A stretch of 64,000 nucleotides of DNA from Psammoneis japonica (GCA_008632985.1 QPGO01000026.1:62001-126000), one strand, 5' to 3'; counted from the first letter of the stretch, positions 50,375 to 64,000 are shown. The notes: generated by a model not told the origin, from the sequence alone. Numbers and translations are program-made.

Positions 50375-52291
50375 CTATGGCTTCCGTAGTGTTACGACTG
50401 CTCCCGGCACATATTCAACTCCTTGTTTTCTCAAGTATTCCTCTTTCCATTCTACTAGCTCCAACCCGTTCCTTTTTGCCATAGCCTCAATGTAGGCTCG
50501 CGTGTGTCCAAACCGGCCACTCTTTAAAAGCTTCACTCCCACAGAGTCATCATCATTCAACAATAGTTCCACCGTAAAGCAAAGATAGCCACCGTTTCGT
50601 AGCGTTCTTGTGCATTCGACAAACACGTCTTGCAAGTCACCCACGTAGATGAAGACATCGGATGCTGTAATGGCACTGACGGAACCTTGCGGGAGATTAT
50701 GTAAAAGGGCAGTACCATCCACCACGGAAACTTGACTATACACGGCAACGTTTTGGCCAGTGTCCAGCTGAACCTGTCTTGACCGAGAAATCGAAGCCAT
50801 GCGTTGCGACAAGTCCACTCCGTATATCGTCACGCCTATTGCTGAATCATAATCATCAAAAGAGGAACAAGATGACAAAAAGTGATTGCGTATCAATTCT
50901 CCAAGCAAGCCAGTACCACATCCCAAATCTACAATTGTAACATTCCCGTCACCATTTGGTTCCCATTTGGAAAAGAGTGCCTCAGCCACAAGCTCGTGTC
51001 CCTTGTAGTTCAGTTCCTGTACTAGCTCGTCTTCAAAACGTTGCGAATACCCATCAAACAAGCCCGCCACGTATGAGTCTTGTAATTTTACAGTGGCAGT
51101 GGAACGATCCAGAGAAGCCAGTTGCACGAGTGCGTGTCCGTCGTTTGGATGAACCTCAAGGGCACGCTCAAAATACGTGACTGCCAAATCCAATTGATTT
51201 CGACTCTTGTAGACAATACCGACATTGTTCAACAAGTCGGCAGCCACTTCTGGATCAATAATGTTCTTCTTATTACTGTGGTTATTCCAATAGTCCAAGA
51301 GAAACAATCCATATTCCAAGTGTGGATCGGGATTCATGTTTGCTTCTCGAGCACTGCACGCGGCGAGAATGACATGATTGACCAACCGATTCCAAATAAT
51401 TCCTTGTTGTTTGTCATCCAGATACGTGACGGGTAGGGATGGAAGTGAACCATAGGGATATTGTTTGTTGTTGCTGTTGTTGTTTGGATGAGTTGATCCG
51501 CTCAGCAAACTATCCACCGCCGCATTGTGTGATTTGAGAGCGGCTTGTTGATATGAATTGTAAACACTCGTAGTAGTACTTATTGTAGCACTCATTGTCG
51601 TTTGGTCGGCACTGTCTCCGAACGGAGGCACTTGCTGGTTTATTCTTCTCAGAACAACACCCATGTATTCATCAACAATGGGCTCCTTGGGACACAATAC
51701 CTGGCATTTCCGACACAATTCCAAAGCTTGCTTCAACAGGACTTGTTGTGATGGACGATCCACGTCGGCACGAGACAAGAGCAATTTGATTAGAGTTTCA
51801 AAAACAGCCGCATGCTGAGATGACAAATCGATGTCGTCATTATCCTCTTGTTGAATATACAGCGCTTGATACAAGAGTTCTTGTGGTTGTTGCCTATCGT
51901 TTTTCTGCTGCAATAACAAATTGGCAGCACGGTGCAAGGCCAGAATGCGAGTGACGGGCGACGCTGCCGTGGTGTTTTTAGCCACATCTTGATATAATTG
52001 TATGCACTCTTGTCTAGATGAATCATCATTGCCAAAAGACTCAAGCATGGCCGCGAGTCGATAACGTGTATTAGGAAAAGGCCATGATGATTGCTTCTGA
52101 TGATGGGCATTATGCGATTGTAGGTGCCGTCTGGAACGTTCGATGGCTACTTGAATGGCTGCGTGATTGTCATTGTTATTTTTTGTTGTTTTAGGGTCAT
52201 TGAAATTCGCATAACTGCACGGTATGGAACGTGAAAAGAATGCTGTGATTAACAACAAGCGCATAGTTTTGAAACAAAGATCCGCCATCAT
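50375..52291 (-). CDS. Signal-peptide protein with TPR and a SAM-dependent methyltransferase domain
   Basis: TPR LLNNVGIVY...AVTYFERALEVHP. YVAGLFDGYSQRFEDEL, VDLGCGTG, GVDLS, ASDVFIYVGDL, SGRFGH. Confidence 0.88.
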   Translation of the reverse strand: MMADLCFKTMRLLLITAFFSRSIPCSYANFNDPKTTKNNNDNHAAIQVAIERSRRHLQSHNAHHQKQSSWPFPNTRYRLAAMLESFGNDDSSRQECIQLYQDVAKNTTAASPVTRILALHRAANLLLQQKNDRQQPQELLYQALYIQQEDNDDIDLSSQHAAVFETLIKLLLSRADVDRPSQQVLLKQALELCRKCQVLCPKEPIVDEYMGVVLRRINQQVPPFGDSADQTTMSATISTTTSVYNSYQQAALKSHNAAVDSLLSGSTHPNNNSNNKQYPYGSLPSLPVTYLDDKQQGIIWNRLVNHVILAACSAREANMNPDPHLEYGLFLLDYWNNHSNKKNIIDPEVAADLLNNVGIVYKSRNQLDLAVTYFERALEVHPNDGHALVQLASLDRSTATVKLQDSYVAGLFDGYSQRFEDELVQELNYKGHELVAEALFSKWEPNGDGNVTIVDLGCGTGLLGELIRNHFLSSCSSFDDYDSAIGVTIYGVDLSQRMASISRSRQVQLDTGQNVAVYSQVSVVDGTALLHNLPQGSVSAITASDVFIYVGDLQDVFVECTRTLRNGGYLCFTVELLLNDDDSVGVKLLKSGRFGHTRAYIEAMAKRNGLELVEWKEEYLRKQGVEYVPGAVVTLRKP

Positions 52292-52899
52292 GGTGGTGCT
52301 TGCACCGGTACAGTACGTAGGGCCCTGGGCAGGAAAAGCAAGCTACTACCGGGCGGAGGACTCAACCGGTCCCGGCGTCCGTGACTGAAATTTCACCACG
52401 GTGAAGTACGAGAGTCGAATAATTCGATTGGACTCAACCGGTCCCGATTTTGCATTGAAAACGGCATGTTGTACTTTGATGCATCTCGCCATGGCATACA
52501 TCGTTGGGTCGATGTATCTTTCATGGGGGGTCTTTTTCTACCGTTATTATGAAGAGGTTGATGCATTGGTTTGGTTTTCTGGGGGGATTTGGTTTTGACA
52601 CACGGTGCAAACGGCAACGTGCCTCGACTCGTGACTCGATTGCTGCAGGGTGGGGGCAACATCTGAATGGTCGACAACGTCGCGACGGTAAGTTCCCTTT
52701 GTGTTTTATCATTTTATGTCGTTTTCCTATTCACTAAAGATCATTGTTGTTTTTGTTACAGCGTGTGAGGTCGATTGGTCGTCTCGTACGGTCGATTGTT
52801 GCATCTGTGATGCTGGTGTCTTTCTCATGGCGTTCACACCACCACAGTGCATCCGTTTGGGAGCCTCATGCTTCATCTCACTCTTTGTCCTTTGGTGAA

Positions 52900-55800
52900 T
52901 CTATTTGCACTATTTTTTTGGACTCGTGACGAGCTTGGTGTGTTTTTGAAGGTCTTGGTCGGCTCGCAATCACAGCATGTCATTTTTCGGAGATGACAAT
53001 TTCTCTTGAAAGTGCATGCCGCGGGAACAAAACGATGCGATGGAGTCTCGGGGATGCTCACGACATTGGCATTTGTCAGACAGCCTTGCCACAGTCCAAA
53101 GAAGGCAACCCTGTGAGCATGTTGTGATTGATTGAGTTTTGGACTCGCTTTGATGAAACTTGCATGCCTCGCGACCCTTTTTTGGTGCGTCTCGATCATG
53201 CATGCAGGTGTCTGGTCCTTTTTGACCCTTTCCACCAACCCTTCAACCGCATTGTCATCATTGTCTAAGACATGACATTGTCTGCATTATTTTGGGCAAT
53301 CTTTGTGGTGCAACTGCTGCTCTGGGCTTTGCAACGGGTAAAATGGGAAGGTTGAGGCTTGTGCTGGCAGGCTCATTGCCTCCTCTTGAATGCGCGGATG
53401 CCACGAACCGCTGATGGCACTGGGAGGCATAAAAATTGGTGAGGCAACTCAACTCTGTCTCTAAAAGGTTCCCCAATGAGCACACTATGATGTGTGATCC
53501 CAATGGATTGTCACTGCGTGCGTTTTTCCACTCACATTTTCATTTTGCCTGTCATTTTCCAGTGTGAATGTCTTTGACTGCCAAAGGTTGCAATGGCTTC
53601 CTGGGCCAATGTTCTGCATGACATGAGTCTTTTGATGCCATTTGTTGTTTTGGGAAAATTTGTTTCTCTGAAACATTCAGTCTAGAGAGGAAATGACAGA
53701 AAAATGTGGAACCGGCTGAAGAAAAGTGATGAAATGTTTGGCAAGCATGCTGTTGTGTGTCAACTGTGGAGTTGGTCAGCTCTGTGGGTGTGAGCTTTTT
53801 CTGCATTTCCATGAGCAATGAAGCAGTGGACAATGCATTTGGATGGCTCATGGTGTGTCACTGTTCTTTGGAGTGTTTGCCAGAGCTGCGACTGCATCTA
53901 AAGCACCGGTCATCTGGGCGTCGTGCGTGAGCGGTGTTTTGTCACCAATTGCAACATTCCCACAAATGATTTGACGATTTGTCCGGAAAAATGCACTGCA
54001 AGACAAATTTCAATCATTGGCAACAAACCAGACAAAATTGCACCACAATTGGTGATGGCGTGTCCCAAACACAAAAATTACACAATTTTTGATGCTTTTT
54101 TAAAATTAACTTTCGGCAAAGACACGCACTTTTAAACAATGTTTTGGCAATTTTTTCTTTTTGTCACACCCGACAAACACCGACAAACCCCAACAGCATG
54201 CAACAAGAGCTGACAAACCCTGACAAACCCCAACAAACCCTGACAAACCAAACGCCGACACAACCTTGCCATTGTGGTCGGTGCCTTTGAATGTGCTTTG
54301 GTGAGGCTCGAAGCAAACAAATTGCTGCAAAATTTTAAAATGTTTGAGCAGCCCATGTTTTGATTAGTCTGCTGCGTCAATGCTGTGCTGTGATGATGCA
54401 TTTCAATCACTGCATGGTTGACATTGTCTTGGCACGACAGAGAATCGCTGCAGCAAAGTGCACCTCCTCTTTTTTTGGTGGTCTTTCGCACCTTCTTCCA
54501 CCAGAATCCTTCATTCAGACACCACATTGTTTCATGCTAGTTAACATGGGCTGCTTCTGCAGCTGTGGAGGTGAAAAAGGCATTGAAAAACATGCGCACA
54601 TCTGTCAAGACTTTTCAGAAAAATGACAGCCATCAACTGTTTCGCCTGCAGGATTCTGCCTGATGTGTGCACCGAGCACCAATTGGCGTGATGAAAAACT
54701 TCATTGCTCGTGTCAGTCAGCTTGGACTCTTGACATCAAGGAATGTCAAGATGTGATCTTGCAGCATGCTGTCATGAATGAAATGCTGGAGACCACCAAG
54801 AGCAGCATGATTGCCACTCTGCATCATCGTCAAAAGAGACACAGTGTCAACAGAGACGACAGCGGCATTGCTGGCTGGCTGGAGTGGGGTGTGGGTGTTT
54901 CATTTGTGAGTCGGTTGTTGTGTCGTGATGTGATGCAGTTGTGAGATGCTTTGCAGCACAACCCAGCAAAAGCTCATTGCCACCCCAGCAGGCCAGCCAA
55001 GAATCTCTGTGTGTTGTCCATGACCAATCAGCAGCACCCTGAAAAGTGTTTTCAACACCACTTTGGGGTGTGACCCAGTTGTCATTGAGAGCTGTGCCTT
55101 GCAAAAAGCTGCTCCAGTGCTTGTCAGCAAATCTCCAAGCATGTGCAAAAGCACCGGAGCTTGCTGAAGATGTCTCTCTGCTGCTGTGCACTGCTTCTGT
55201 CAAATGAGAGCACAAGCATGTGCTCCATGACCTCTTTGCAGAGCTGAGCAATTGTCTTTCCAGCTTTGGTGTTTGGCACAGAGCTCCCAGCACAGTGCTT
55301 TGCTGTGGTGCCAACAAGGTCATGGGCAAGAGCAGCAGTGTCAGCAGCAAAAAGCAGCTCTGCTGTGTGTTGGAGCAGCAAGCAGCAGCCAGAGCAACAA
55401 CAACAAAAAGAAAAGATGAAAAGAGCAGAAGTTCACAGGCACGCAGCATCTGAGGTGCCCAGAAATGATCTCCAGCATGTGCCAGCACAAGACAAACAGT
55501 GGCAAAAGCAGGGTGAGAAAACAAAGGCTTGCTTTGATGAGGATGGCATGGGGGCAAAGTCAAGAAGCTGCGCAGAGAGAAGCAAGCCAACTTGGTGCAG
55601 TCTTGGCACCAGGTGGTGGCTCAAGAGTGCACATCATTGTGCACAGCCACTGCTTGTGAGGTGCCAGCCAAGAGCAGCAGCAGTGCTGGCCAGCTCCCAG
55701 GAGCTGCCAGAGCTCAGCCGGCCTCTTGCGTTGTCAACTCAGAACACTTGCAAAAGAAGAAACAACAACAGCGAGACAGGAAGCAAGCAACAGCTGACAA

Positions 55801-58800
55801 CAGCAACTCTTTCTGCTTGGAATGCCATCACATTTTCTGTGTTCACTGTCCCAGTTGCTTGCATTAGACTGGCAACATTTGTGCCACAAGATCCATCTTC
55901 TCCATGCGCAGCGGTTTAAAGCTGTGCTTGACCAACTTGATTAAAATGACAAAGGGCAATGTGTGATGACTCAAAAAAGTGCCCCGTCAAGCAAGTAAAA
56001 ATTCGCCTTTGTGTGCGGCACAACCTTGTTGTGTCCTCGTTGCATCCTCCGCCCCATGTGCAGTGCAAATCATGAGGCACAATTGCTTGGAGGATGACCT
56101 TCCACATCAGCATTGTTGTCATGTGTGGCACCCCACACTGTTTGACGACCTGCCCTGCGAATGCCTCTCTCTCTTCCTCCTCCTTTTCCTCCTCTTTTTT
56201 TTCATAAACTTGGAGCCACCCACCCCTGTGCAAGGGCTGCCATGGGATGCAGGTGGGTGTGGTGTGTGATGACATCACCACATGCGTTGAGTTGCGTGCA
56301 CCCACATTCGCGCTGACAATCACATGTCGTCAAGCAATGACTCCCGTCCCATGGCACCCCAATTCTCTGGCCATCAAACACTGAGGGCAGCACTCAACCA
56401 TTTTTCACCCATTCTCAAACCACGCAAACAACGCACATCACATCAACTCCACCATGACAACGTCTCCTCCTTCGTCACCAACAGATTGCCAGGACTCTGT
56501 TCCTGCTGAAGTTGTTCACATTGACGCTCATGCAAGAGGTGAGACTGTTGCTCCAGTTGTCATGCACCTCATGCATCCCAAGTGAGAATGTGCAAAGTCA
56601 CACTGTGATTTTCATGCTCTGCTGCTTGCCACCTCCTTGCCTCCCACAGGCAATGCCCCCTGTGGCAACACCGTCCCTGGGTTTCTCCCGCTGCCATGCC
56701 TGACACTGTGTTGATGTTCAAGGCATTGGGCAAGGCAGTGAAGACTGGGGCACACACCAAGAAGGGTCTCAGCATCCTCCTTGCTCTGGGAGGTGCCACT
56801 TGCCACTTGCTGTGCATGCAATGAGGTTGCATTCCTTGCACTTGGAAAGGCAAGTCTGATGGATGTCAGGCAAGTCTGATGGACGTTAAAGCATGGCACA
56901 CAGATTTGATTGGTGCGAGCCTCACTCTCTCACACTCTTGTGCATCCTTCTTTTCAATGGGTCAACCTGGTTGCCCATGCTGTTGGAAACATCATCAAGC
57001 ATGTCATCAACATCATCAAGCGTGTCATCATTGTTGTCGCCTCAGCCATTGCATTCAAGACCCCATGAGCACCAGTTCCATCATTGGATCCTCCACAGCT
57101 GTTGCAGGTGCACTTTTGCATTCTTGCTGTGAAGGCTTCAAAAGAAAAGAAAGAAGAAGCTGGAACCCCCAAGTGTTGCACGGAATGTTGCGGAACATTG
57201 TTTTGCATGTGACAGACTGCGCCCATTCTGGAGGATCATGCTGTTGCTCTGTGTGGGATGATTCCAGCTGCCAGAGAGCTGTTGGCAAAACAACAACTGC
57301 TTTCTCGTTGCACTCACTTTCTGCACACAATCGTCAAAATCATTTTTGACAATCTCCCAAAACCAGGTGACCGTCTTGCTCTTGTTCCCCTTGTCTTCCT
57401 GCAGACCCGGGTTGATCTTTTTGCTTGGGGTGTGTGTTTGGCATTTGCTGCTGACATGTTTGACCAGTCAGAAATGCCATCTCATGGGTGCCTCATGGTT
57501 GCCATCTCGTGGGTGCATTTTCTGAAGGTTGTTGCTTGCTGCACACATGCAAAGAGAGCAGGAGAAGTTGACCAAGTGTGAATCAAAAGCATGGCAAAAG
57601 GAAGCATTTCATTTAGAGTGTGCAGGTTTTTGCAATTCTCCTTTTGTTGTCATCTTGCACTCTTCCAGCAAGTTTGGGACTTTACAAGAAATGGCCAGTC
57701 AAGAAGAATCCACCACTCACTGGCTTGTTTTCTGCACGTGCTCCTGAAAAATGGGCACTCACTTGGAAACAATTAAATTTGATTGATTTGATGGGACAGA
57801 AAGCAACAGCAACATGGGCAAACAGTGGAACAGCAGGGCAGTGTGAAACAGCATTGCAGCAATTGGCCAAGCATGGTCTGCCAATGGCTTGTTGGAATGC
57901 TGGCCAATGCAAGGCTGCCACTGAGAAGATGCTGCAAAATTGAGCTCACCATGATGCTGGGTGCATCATCTCTTAAATCTGTCAAGGACTTTGTTCTGGA
58001 GTGTCTTTCAAAAACAGCGATGCAGCTTTGGACATGAAAATTCTGAATGCCATGACAATTGACATCATTGGCACCAACCATGACCAATCTACAAGGCTGT
58101 CCAAGGATGGCAATGTGAGTTGGTGTTTGCCACAAATGTGGTTGGTCATCATTTGTTGTGCAAGCTGTCAGAGCCTTCACTTCTTAGATCAAAAAGGGCA
58201 AGGATTGTTTTCATGTCATTTGCAGCAAGCTTTGACACATTTGAGCAGCACAAGGTCATTGCCAACAATCTGGAAACATTGAATTCTGAGCTCTGTTGAG
58301 TGCAAGAAGCAGTGCAGAAAGAGCTCTTGCCATGCTTTGCATTGGTGTCCATGTGGAGGAGCTGATGAAAAAGAATGTTCAAGGATGATCCTTCCATCCA
58401 CAAATGACAGAAGTTGTGAATCTGTTTGCGCTTGACACCAAGATTTTAAAAAAATGTTTGGGTGTTTTGTGATGACCTCATCAAGGACTTCATGGAGTTT
58501 TGTCACATGAGCATGTTTTTGTTGGAGAGAGCTGGAGGATCATGCACATGAGTTTCTCCATGGAGAAATGTAGAATCATCAACTTTCCAGAAGTGGACAG
58601 CTGTGGAGCTCTGGTCCAGGGCTGCCACACCTTTGGCAAAATGGTTTGTGGATCAAAACAGCTCTGTTGCATCTCATGGATCATTTGTGGGGATGGAAAG
58701 ATGCCTTGGGACATGGTGTGGAATGGAGTGGGACTCGCCCTGGGCAACTCGGAATTGTGTGTTCCCACAAGCAGGAAAAGACGGGTGTCATTGCACAGCA

Positions 58801-59250
58801 TGGTTTCAGCTTTGTTCCTCATTTTCATTTTTTGGGTCATTTGTCCAAGATTTGTCTGTTGTTTGTCGCCCATTGAATGATCAAACAGAATGCTTGTCAT
58901 TGAAAGACGTTTAAGTTGCGGCATCATTGTCTCCACCGCATGAAACTCAGTCGTCTTGTTTTGCAGTGCTGTTCGTGTGCAGCAGCATCCTGCATCCCGC
59001 AACTCCTTGCTGTCAACATCATGCTGAAGATGTCAACAATTCCCATGAACAAATTCTGTCATTTCTGTTCTTTTGTTAGAGAGGGAAAGTTGGCAGCATC
59101 CAAAGAAAAACATCAAAGACATCTTTTCACATGCATCAACCTTTCATCCGACTTTCATCTTCCAGTTTTGCTGCCCATTTTTCAGATTCGCTTTAGTTGA
59201 CACTGACCTTGCCTCCATGTGTTTGATTGGGAAATGAGTTGGATTCGCAT
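52900..59250. repeat. Degenerate TpA/CpG-depleted repeat domain, with short gacaaac tandem units at ~54170-54260
   Basis: Compositional shift and Tyr-free ORF fragments. Family not recognised. Confidence 0.65.
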
Positions 59251-61795
59251 CATTGACTCATCAATGGCATTCATTTGCAACCTGCCACCGGCAAAAGAGT
59301 GTTGAAACAGTCATGCGTCACGAAGGACTTCTTGACTTCAACTTCTTCATCTAACTTAATTTCTTCAACCAAAACCACATCACCTGTCACATGTGCAGGT
59401 CCAATTGACCGCACTGCATGATCACGGCAACAGAAAATGCTGCAATGGGTGCTGTTTTGCAAGAGGTGTGGGTGAAACGTCGGAGGGAGTTTCTGTAGAC
59501 TTCTACGTAGCCTGGTGCAAACTCTTGGCTTCAAGCACACAGACTTTGCCGTTGGCTCCACCACGTCTTTGTCGGATTGCTTTCCGACCATCCGAGAGTG
59601 TTGCCTCAACTGTGTCAAGCAGTGTGTTGCCAAAAAATTTGCTGAATGTTCCATCACAGTTGATGGCACTCCATCATTTGCTGAAGCCGAGGGTGTCAAA
59701 ATTCGATCTGCCAAGAGAACTCATGATTTGCGTTTGTCTCTTGAAAAAGTTGCCGAGTGCAGTTCTTCTTGGAAAAGCAATTGTCAAAACGCTCATGAAA
59801 GACATGTGGTTGTCCTTAAAGAATTTGTTGGCTGTTGGGATGGATCGTTGTCATGTCAATCATGCTTCTTTGACATGGCTAAAGGATGCTCATGACGTTG
59901 TTGCATTTGAATCAAAGTGCAACTCTCACACTCTGACCAAATGTGGAGAGAAATTCACGGACCACACTGGAAAGAAAGCAAGACAGCTTCTTGCCAAAGT
60001 TTTTCAGTTGTGCCAAGGAAACACTTGTTTGCTGTTCCTGGAGGAGCTTGGTGTCCTGCCGTCAGTGAAGGGTGGCATTCGTTGGTGGATTGAGTGGGAG
60101 ATGGCCCAGCAGAACGCTGAATTGTCTCTCAAGAAGATCCTTGTAGCAGCAGTGAAATGCGCTGCAAGAGGTCATTCCACCAAGTTGTCAAAAAAAGCAA
60201 TTGAGCGCCTCAGCAACAATGCAACCATGGCAAGGGCGATTGTTGAAACTGCAGCTGCAGCAGATGCTGGATGTCATTTTTGCACTGGTGCATGCATTCT
60301 CGAAGGTGACACCCCTCTTGTCTTCATTGCTCACAAGGAGCTGCTGAAACTTGAGGCGTCCACTGTTGAAGACAGGATCCCATGTCCTTTTCTTGAAAAG
60401 GCGGCAGAAAGGGCAGAAGAGCTTGTTGCCCCTGCAATGCATGAGTTTGATTTGCAGATTGTGGAACTCACTGACAAACTTGAATCAAAGGAAGAAGCAA
60501 GGGACACTGTCATGGCAGCAGCAGCAGATGGAGCACCTGCAGAGGAACACAATGCCAAGGCAGGTGGCAGGGGTCGCGGTCGCCATCGGCATCGGGTGCG
60601 CATGCCGGTTGATTGCAAAGAACTCGCCACTCCTGCGGCAGCGCCACCAAACACTGCTGTCAAAGAAGCAGACACACTGGAGGATCTTAACAAGGAGGTG
60701 GAAGATGCAGAAAAAGAACTTGAGAAGGTGATTCAAAACAAAGAAGACTTCAAAATAAAAGCAGGAGGTGAAAGCAAGGCCGACTTCATTGATCATGACA
60801 AAAACGTTGTCGCACCAGGGCATGAGCATTGCAGGAAGATGCATCTTTGCACTGATGGTGAAATGTGTGAGGTTCAAAAGGCGATCAAAGCGGCAAGCAT
60901 GCTCAACCCATTGGTGATTAAGGAGACTTCTTTGGAGCAAGCACGCTCGCTGATGAAACTCTTGAAAGCACTCGGGTTCAGTCACTTCACCGATGAATTC
61001 ATTGGAAGGCTGTGCAACCAAGTGGGCAGGCTGATTCAAGCAGCAAACACTCCAAATGATTGGGACTCCGTTGAAGGAGCAGCATCTTGCAACAAGAATC
61101 TGGCAGAAATGAACCAGAAGAAAGCTGCTGAAGAAGGGGGTCGGCTCACGAAGTGAGGTGCAACTCCTGGGAGGAGGACCCGTCTGAGAGGGCAAGGTGA
61201 ATTTGGCATTGGTGGAGGGACCACAAGCCACACTTTAAAGATTTTGCAACTGCTGTTCATCTTGTTGCTCCAGTTCAAGTCTCAAGCGCATCTGTTGAAC
61301 GTCTTTTCTCCCAGCTCAAGCTTGTTGTGGACTTGGTTGGAGAGAACATGCTGGAAGAGACCCTGGAAGCTCGTCTCTTTGTCCTCAAGAACATGGTCCC
61401 CAATGGCATCTACCCAACTCATTGAATGTAATTGTTGCAGTGTTTGGAGTGTTTTAGCAAGTGTTTTTAGTGGCCGTGGGGCTCTGCCACCTACGACCAT
61501 GCGAGTCAACTGCTGGGCGAAAGTGCCATGTTGGTTGCAACTTCGTAGCACATCACGATAATTAATTTTTCCTTGTCTGGTAACATGGTCCCCAACGGCG
61601 TCTACCTCACTAGTCGAATGTAATGTTTAAAGTGTTTTAGCAGCTATGGGCTCTAGAGACAAGTCTGCCGCTAGTAGATGAAAGGACCATGTCAAAACAA
61701 ACTACGCGGTAAATCACGATAATTAATTTTTCCTTATCTGGTTTCCTTATCTTTCCTTGTCTAAGGAAATTTAGGGCCAAATAAGGAATTCCCTA
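59250..61795 (+). mobile_element. hAT-like DNA transposon remnant with a transposase pseudogene and probable right end at ~61795
   Basis: ITVDGT, MDRC, CNSHTL, RWW, LEGD. hAT dimerisation motif VQVSSASVERLFSQL at ~61270-61320. Subterminal repeats at 61390-61745 and terminal ...aattcccta. Confidence 0.75.
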
Positions 61796-61858
61796 CAATA
61801 GAAAACCCTGATCGGAGATCGCCGCCGATGCGAAAAAACCGAAATCGCAATGCCATAA

Positions 61859-63579
61859 TTGCAACATCAAACACAACTCAAACCGCAGGACTACAATATG
61901 TTATCGCCATCACCATCACCAAACAATTCAACGACAATGAAGACTCCAGCGGCAAGGAAGAAAGAAGACTACGAGGACTATGGTCTTTCAGCTCCCAGCA
62001 AGTTCTTGTCGGAAAAGGAGCGGCGAAATTTCGACAACGCAGTGGAAGCGATCAAGGACGACTTTAGTCGCGAGCTACGAATAGAATGGAAAAGCGAAGA
62101 GAAGAAAAAGGTGCTATGGTTTAAGAAGCGATCTGACGGTGCTGAAGGGGAGCTTCCGGATGATTTTTGTCGGATACTCCTTTTCCTTTATAGCCGCAAT
62201 TTCTTGAAGCACACAACGCAGGGCTATCGAAAGGATTTCGTCAAACACATGCTAGAGCCGGGACGCATTCGAAAGGCCATCCTGCAAGTCATCAAGTGCA
62301 CCGGAGATCGCAATCTTTCTCTCAACGAGAATTTTCGGGCTCATTATGTCCGTGCCTGCTTCACGATCAACCGATACTTTCAACAACCTGAAGCAACTGG
62401 CTTTGTTAAGGATATGTCGAGCCTAACGTATTATTTCCGAATGCAAAAGTTTGGTAGTTGCTTCCTTCAAGCAGCGTGTGTTGCCATGTCTTACGCACTT
62501 CAAGCGCGCGGCATGCATGTGCCACCTGCAGACGCATCGAGGCTAATCCGTCATCACTTTCGCGACGAACAACTCATCAAGTACATTGACGATAAAGGCG
62601 GTGACTCTGTTGGAATCTTCAAGATTCTCGACAAGAAGTTCTTTGTGTGCGAAAAATCCCAACGTGAGCCGATACCGGTCCATTGCAGTGTTTTGGGCAA
62701 CCCCGGTTTTCTTGCAGCTACCAAAGAACAGCTTGCACAAGGACCCGGGTTGGTCTCAAAATTCATGGTCCCCGTAAATTTCATGTGCTCGCCACTACTA
62801 TCATGCGACTTGAAGCAGACATTTCCCAAGCTTGCTAATTACGAGAGATGGGAAGATGTTCCTGCAAATTTGATCCCACCTGGTGTTGCCCGTTTCACAA
62901 CGTGGAATGAACCGGCCGAGTTTATTCCCTTGTGTGCTCCCAGCGATGCTGAATCGAAAGATGAAGAACTTGTTTTGAAAGAAAAATGGGAAGAATTACT
63001 GGATCAACCAGGAGAAGATGATTGGCAATCCACTAAAGTCACTGCTTCAATGTCGCTAGATTCAAGTTCTGGTTTCACTGGTGATGATGGTCTAGGAACA
63101 CCTGGTGAGTTGTCAACCACCAACAGTGCTTCCAGTTTCAAGTTAATGGGAGAAGATTCCAATGGAGAGGATTGGTCCCATCTCTTTGATGATGATGATG
63201 ATTATTATAATAGTTCCAGTGTGTTGTTCGAAGACAGTGAACCTGGAGAAGGAGCTGCGGAGGCAGCATTGCATGCAATGGTCCTTCTTGGTCATCACGA
63301 AGCAGATGGGGTGGGATGTTGGCTTATACAGAACTCTTGGGAAGGCCCACGCAAATCCTTGAAGTCAGCACTGAATATTTGATGAAATCAGGTGCCTATC
63401 TCTACTTCTACCAGGCTGATGTCGGGAGTCTAAAGTCCAAAGATCAATGGGGCAGTGTCGATAGTTCGAGTTTGTTTTGCCCATCACCCGTTGCAGAAAG
63501 TTGCGGACTTGAGCGTAGTGATTGTGAGAATTGGTCAGATCGCCTGGTGATCTCTGAGGATTGGTTTTATGACGATTAG
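61859..63579 (+). CDS. Papain-like (C1-fold) cysteine protease-like protein with an apparent frameshift at ~63345
   Basis: MQKFGSCFL (Gln/Cys), HAMVLLG (His), WLIQNSW (Asn). The C-terminal QILEVSTEYL lies in another frame. Confidence 0.7.
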
Positions 63580-64000
63580 ACGGCACACGCGGCTTTGCTT
63601 GGTGCTAGCCTAGTTTGACAGTCTTGGAAGCAGAGTAGATTTTTCGACCTGCATAACTGAGCCGTACAAAATCTATGCCGGTAAATATCAAGATAAAGCA
63701 AGGCTCCCACATGCCTCATTCTTAGCAAGTGACCCCCAGAATCCTGAAAAGAACGACGTCACGACGTCATGTGTGTGCATTGGTGATTGAATCCAGTCCA
63801 GAGCGATTGCTCTGACTCAGCAGACTTGAAAGAGACATTTTTATAAATCTAGAAGTAAAACTAATGCTAAGATGTGCGGGGCATGCGTAGATGGTGATTT
63901 TAAATGCACGGTTGTTGTTTGCCGTTGCATGTTTCCGTTGGTTGGCACTCTTCGAGCGATTCACGACCACAAAATCACACACTTTTTTCTCACTTTTCTC

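Noticed and set aside
50375..52291. TPR-methyltransferase as the enzyme behind the mutation
   Set aside because: It has a signal peptide and no DNA methyltransferase or deaminase motifs. No candidate mutator gene is visible in the window.
54170..54260. CRISPR-like short repeats
   Set aside because: Irregular gacaaac units without unique spacers, in a eukaryotic context with no cas genes.
60485..61231. 248-aa minus-strand ORF
   Set aside because: Antisense shadow of the hAT transposase.

Overview
Eukaryotic DNA, most consistent with a diatom (CoDi-like Ty1/copia elements, a plastid-type bipartite presequence, helicase-associated-domain and PS-repeat proteins, short GT-AG introns). Islands of ordinary genes alternate with sharply bounded repeat domains. 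The genes include Grx-DEP-DUF547, a pseudokinase, an HA-domain protein, MORN/RanBP2, an RluA pseudouridine synthase, a TPR-methyltransferase and a papain-like protein. The main finding is that the repeat domains show a systematic, two-stranded, post-insertion TpA->TpG/CpA (A:T->G:C) hypermutation. Conserved Tyr codons become Cys or His in copia gag/pol (RT YVDD->CVDD), a hAT transposase is likewise almost Tyr-free, and paired LTRs differ at TA vs TG/CA. In the youngest element this has happened while CpG is still intact. It looks like a RIP-like genome-defence process with the opposite polarity to fungal RIP. A second finding is a 4.25-kb unclassified insertion with two convergent genes flanked by a perfect 108-bp inverted repeat. 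Together with a full-length copia and a 4-bp duplication, it splits a transglutaminase-like gene that can be rebuilt in frame. All calls are by eye, with no database searches run, and domain boundaries are approximate.
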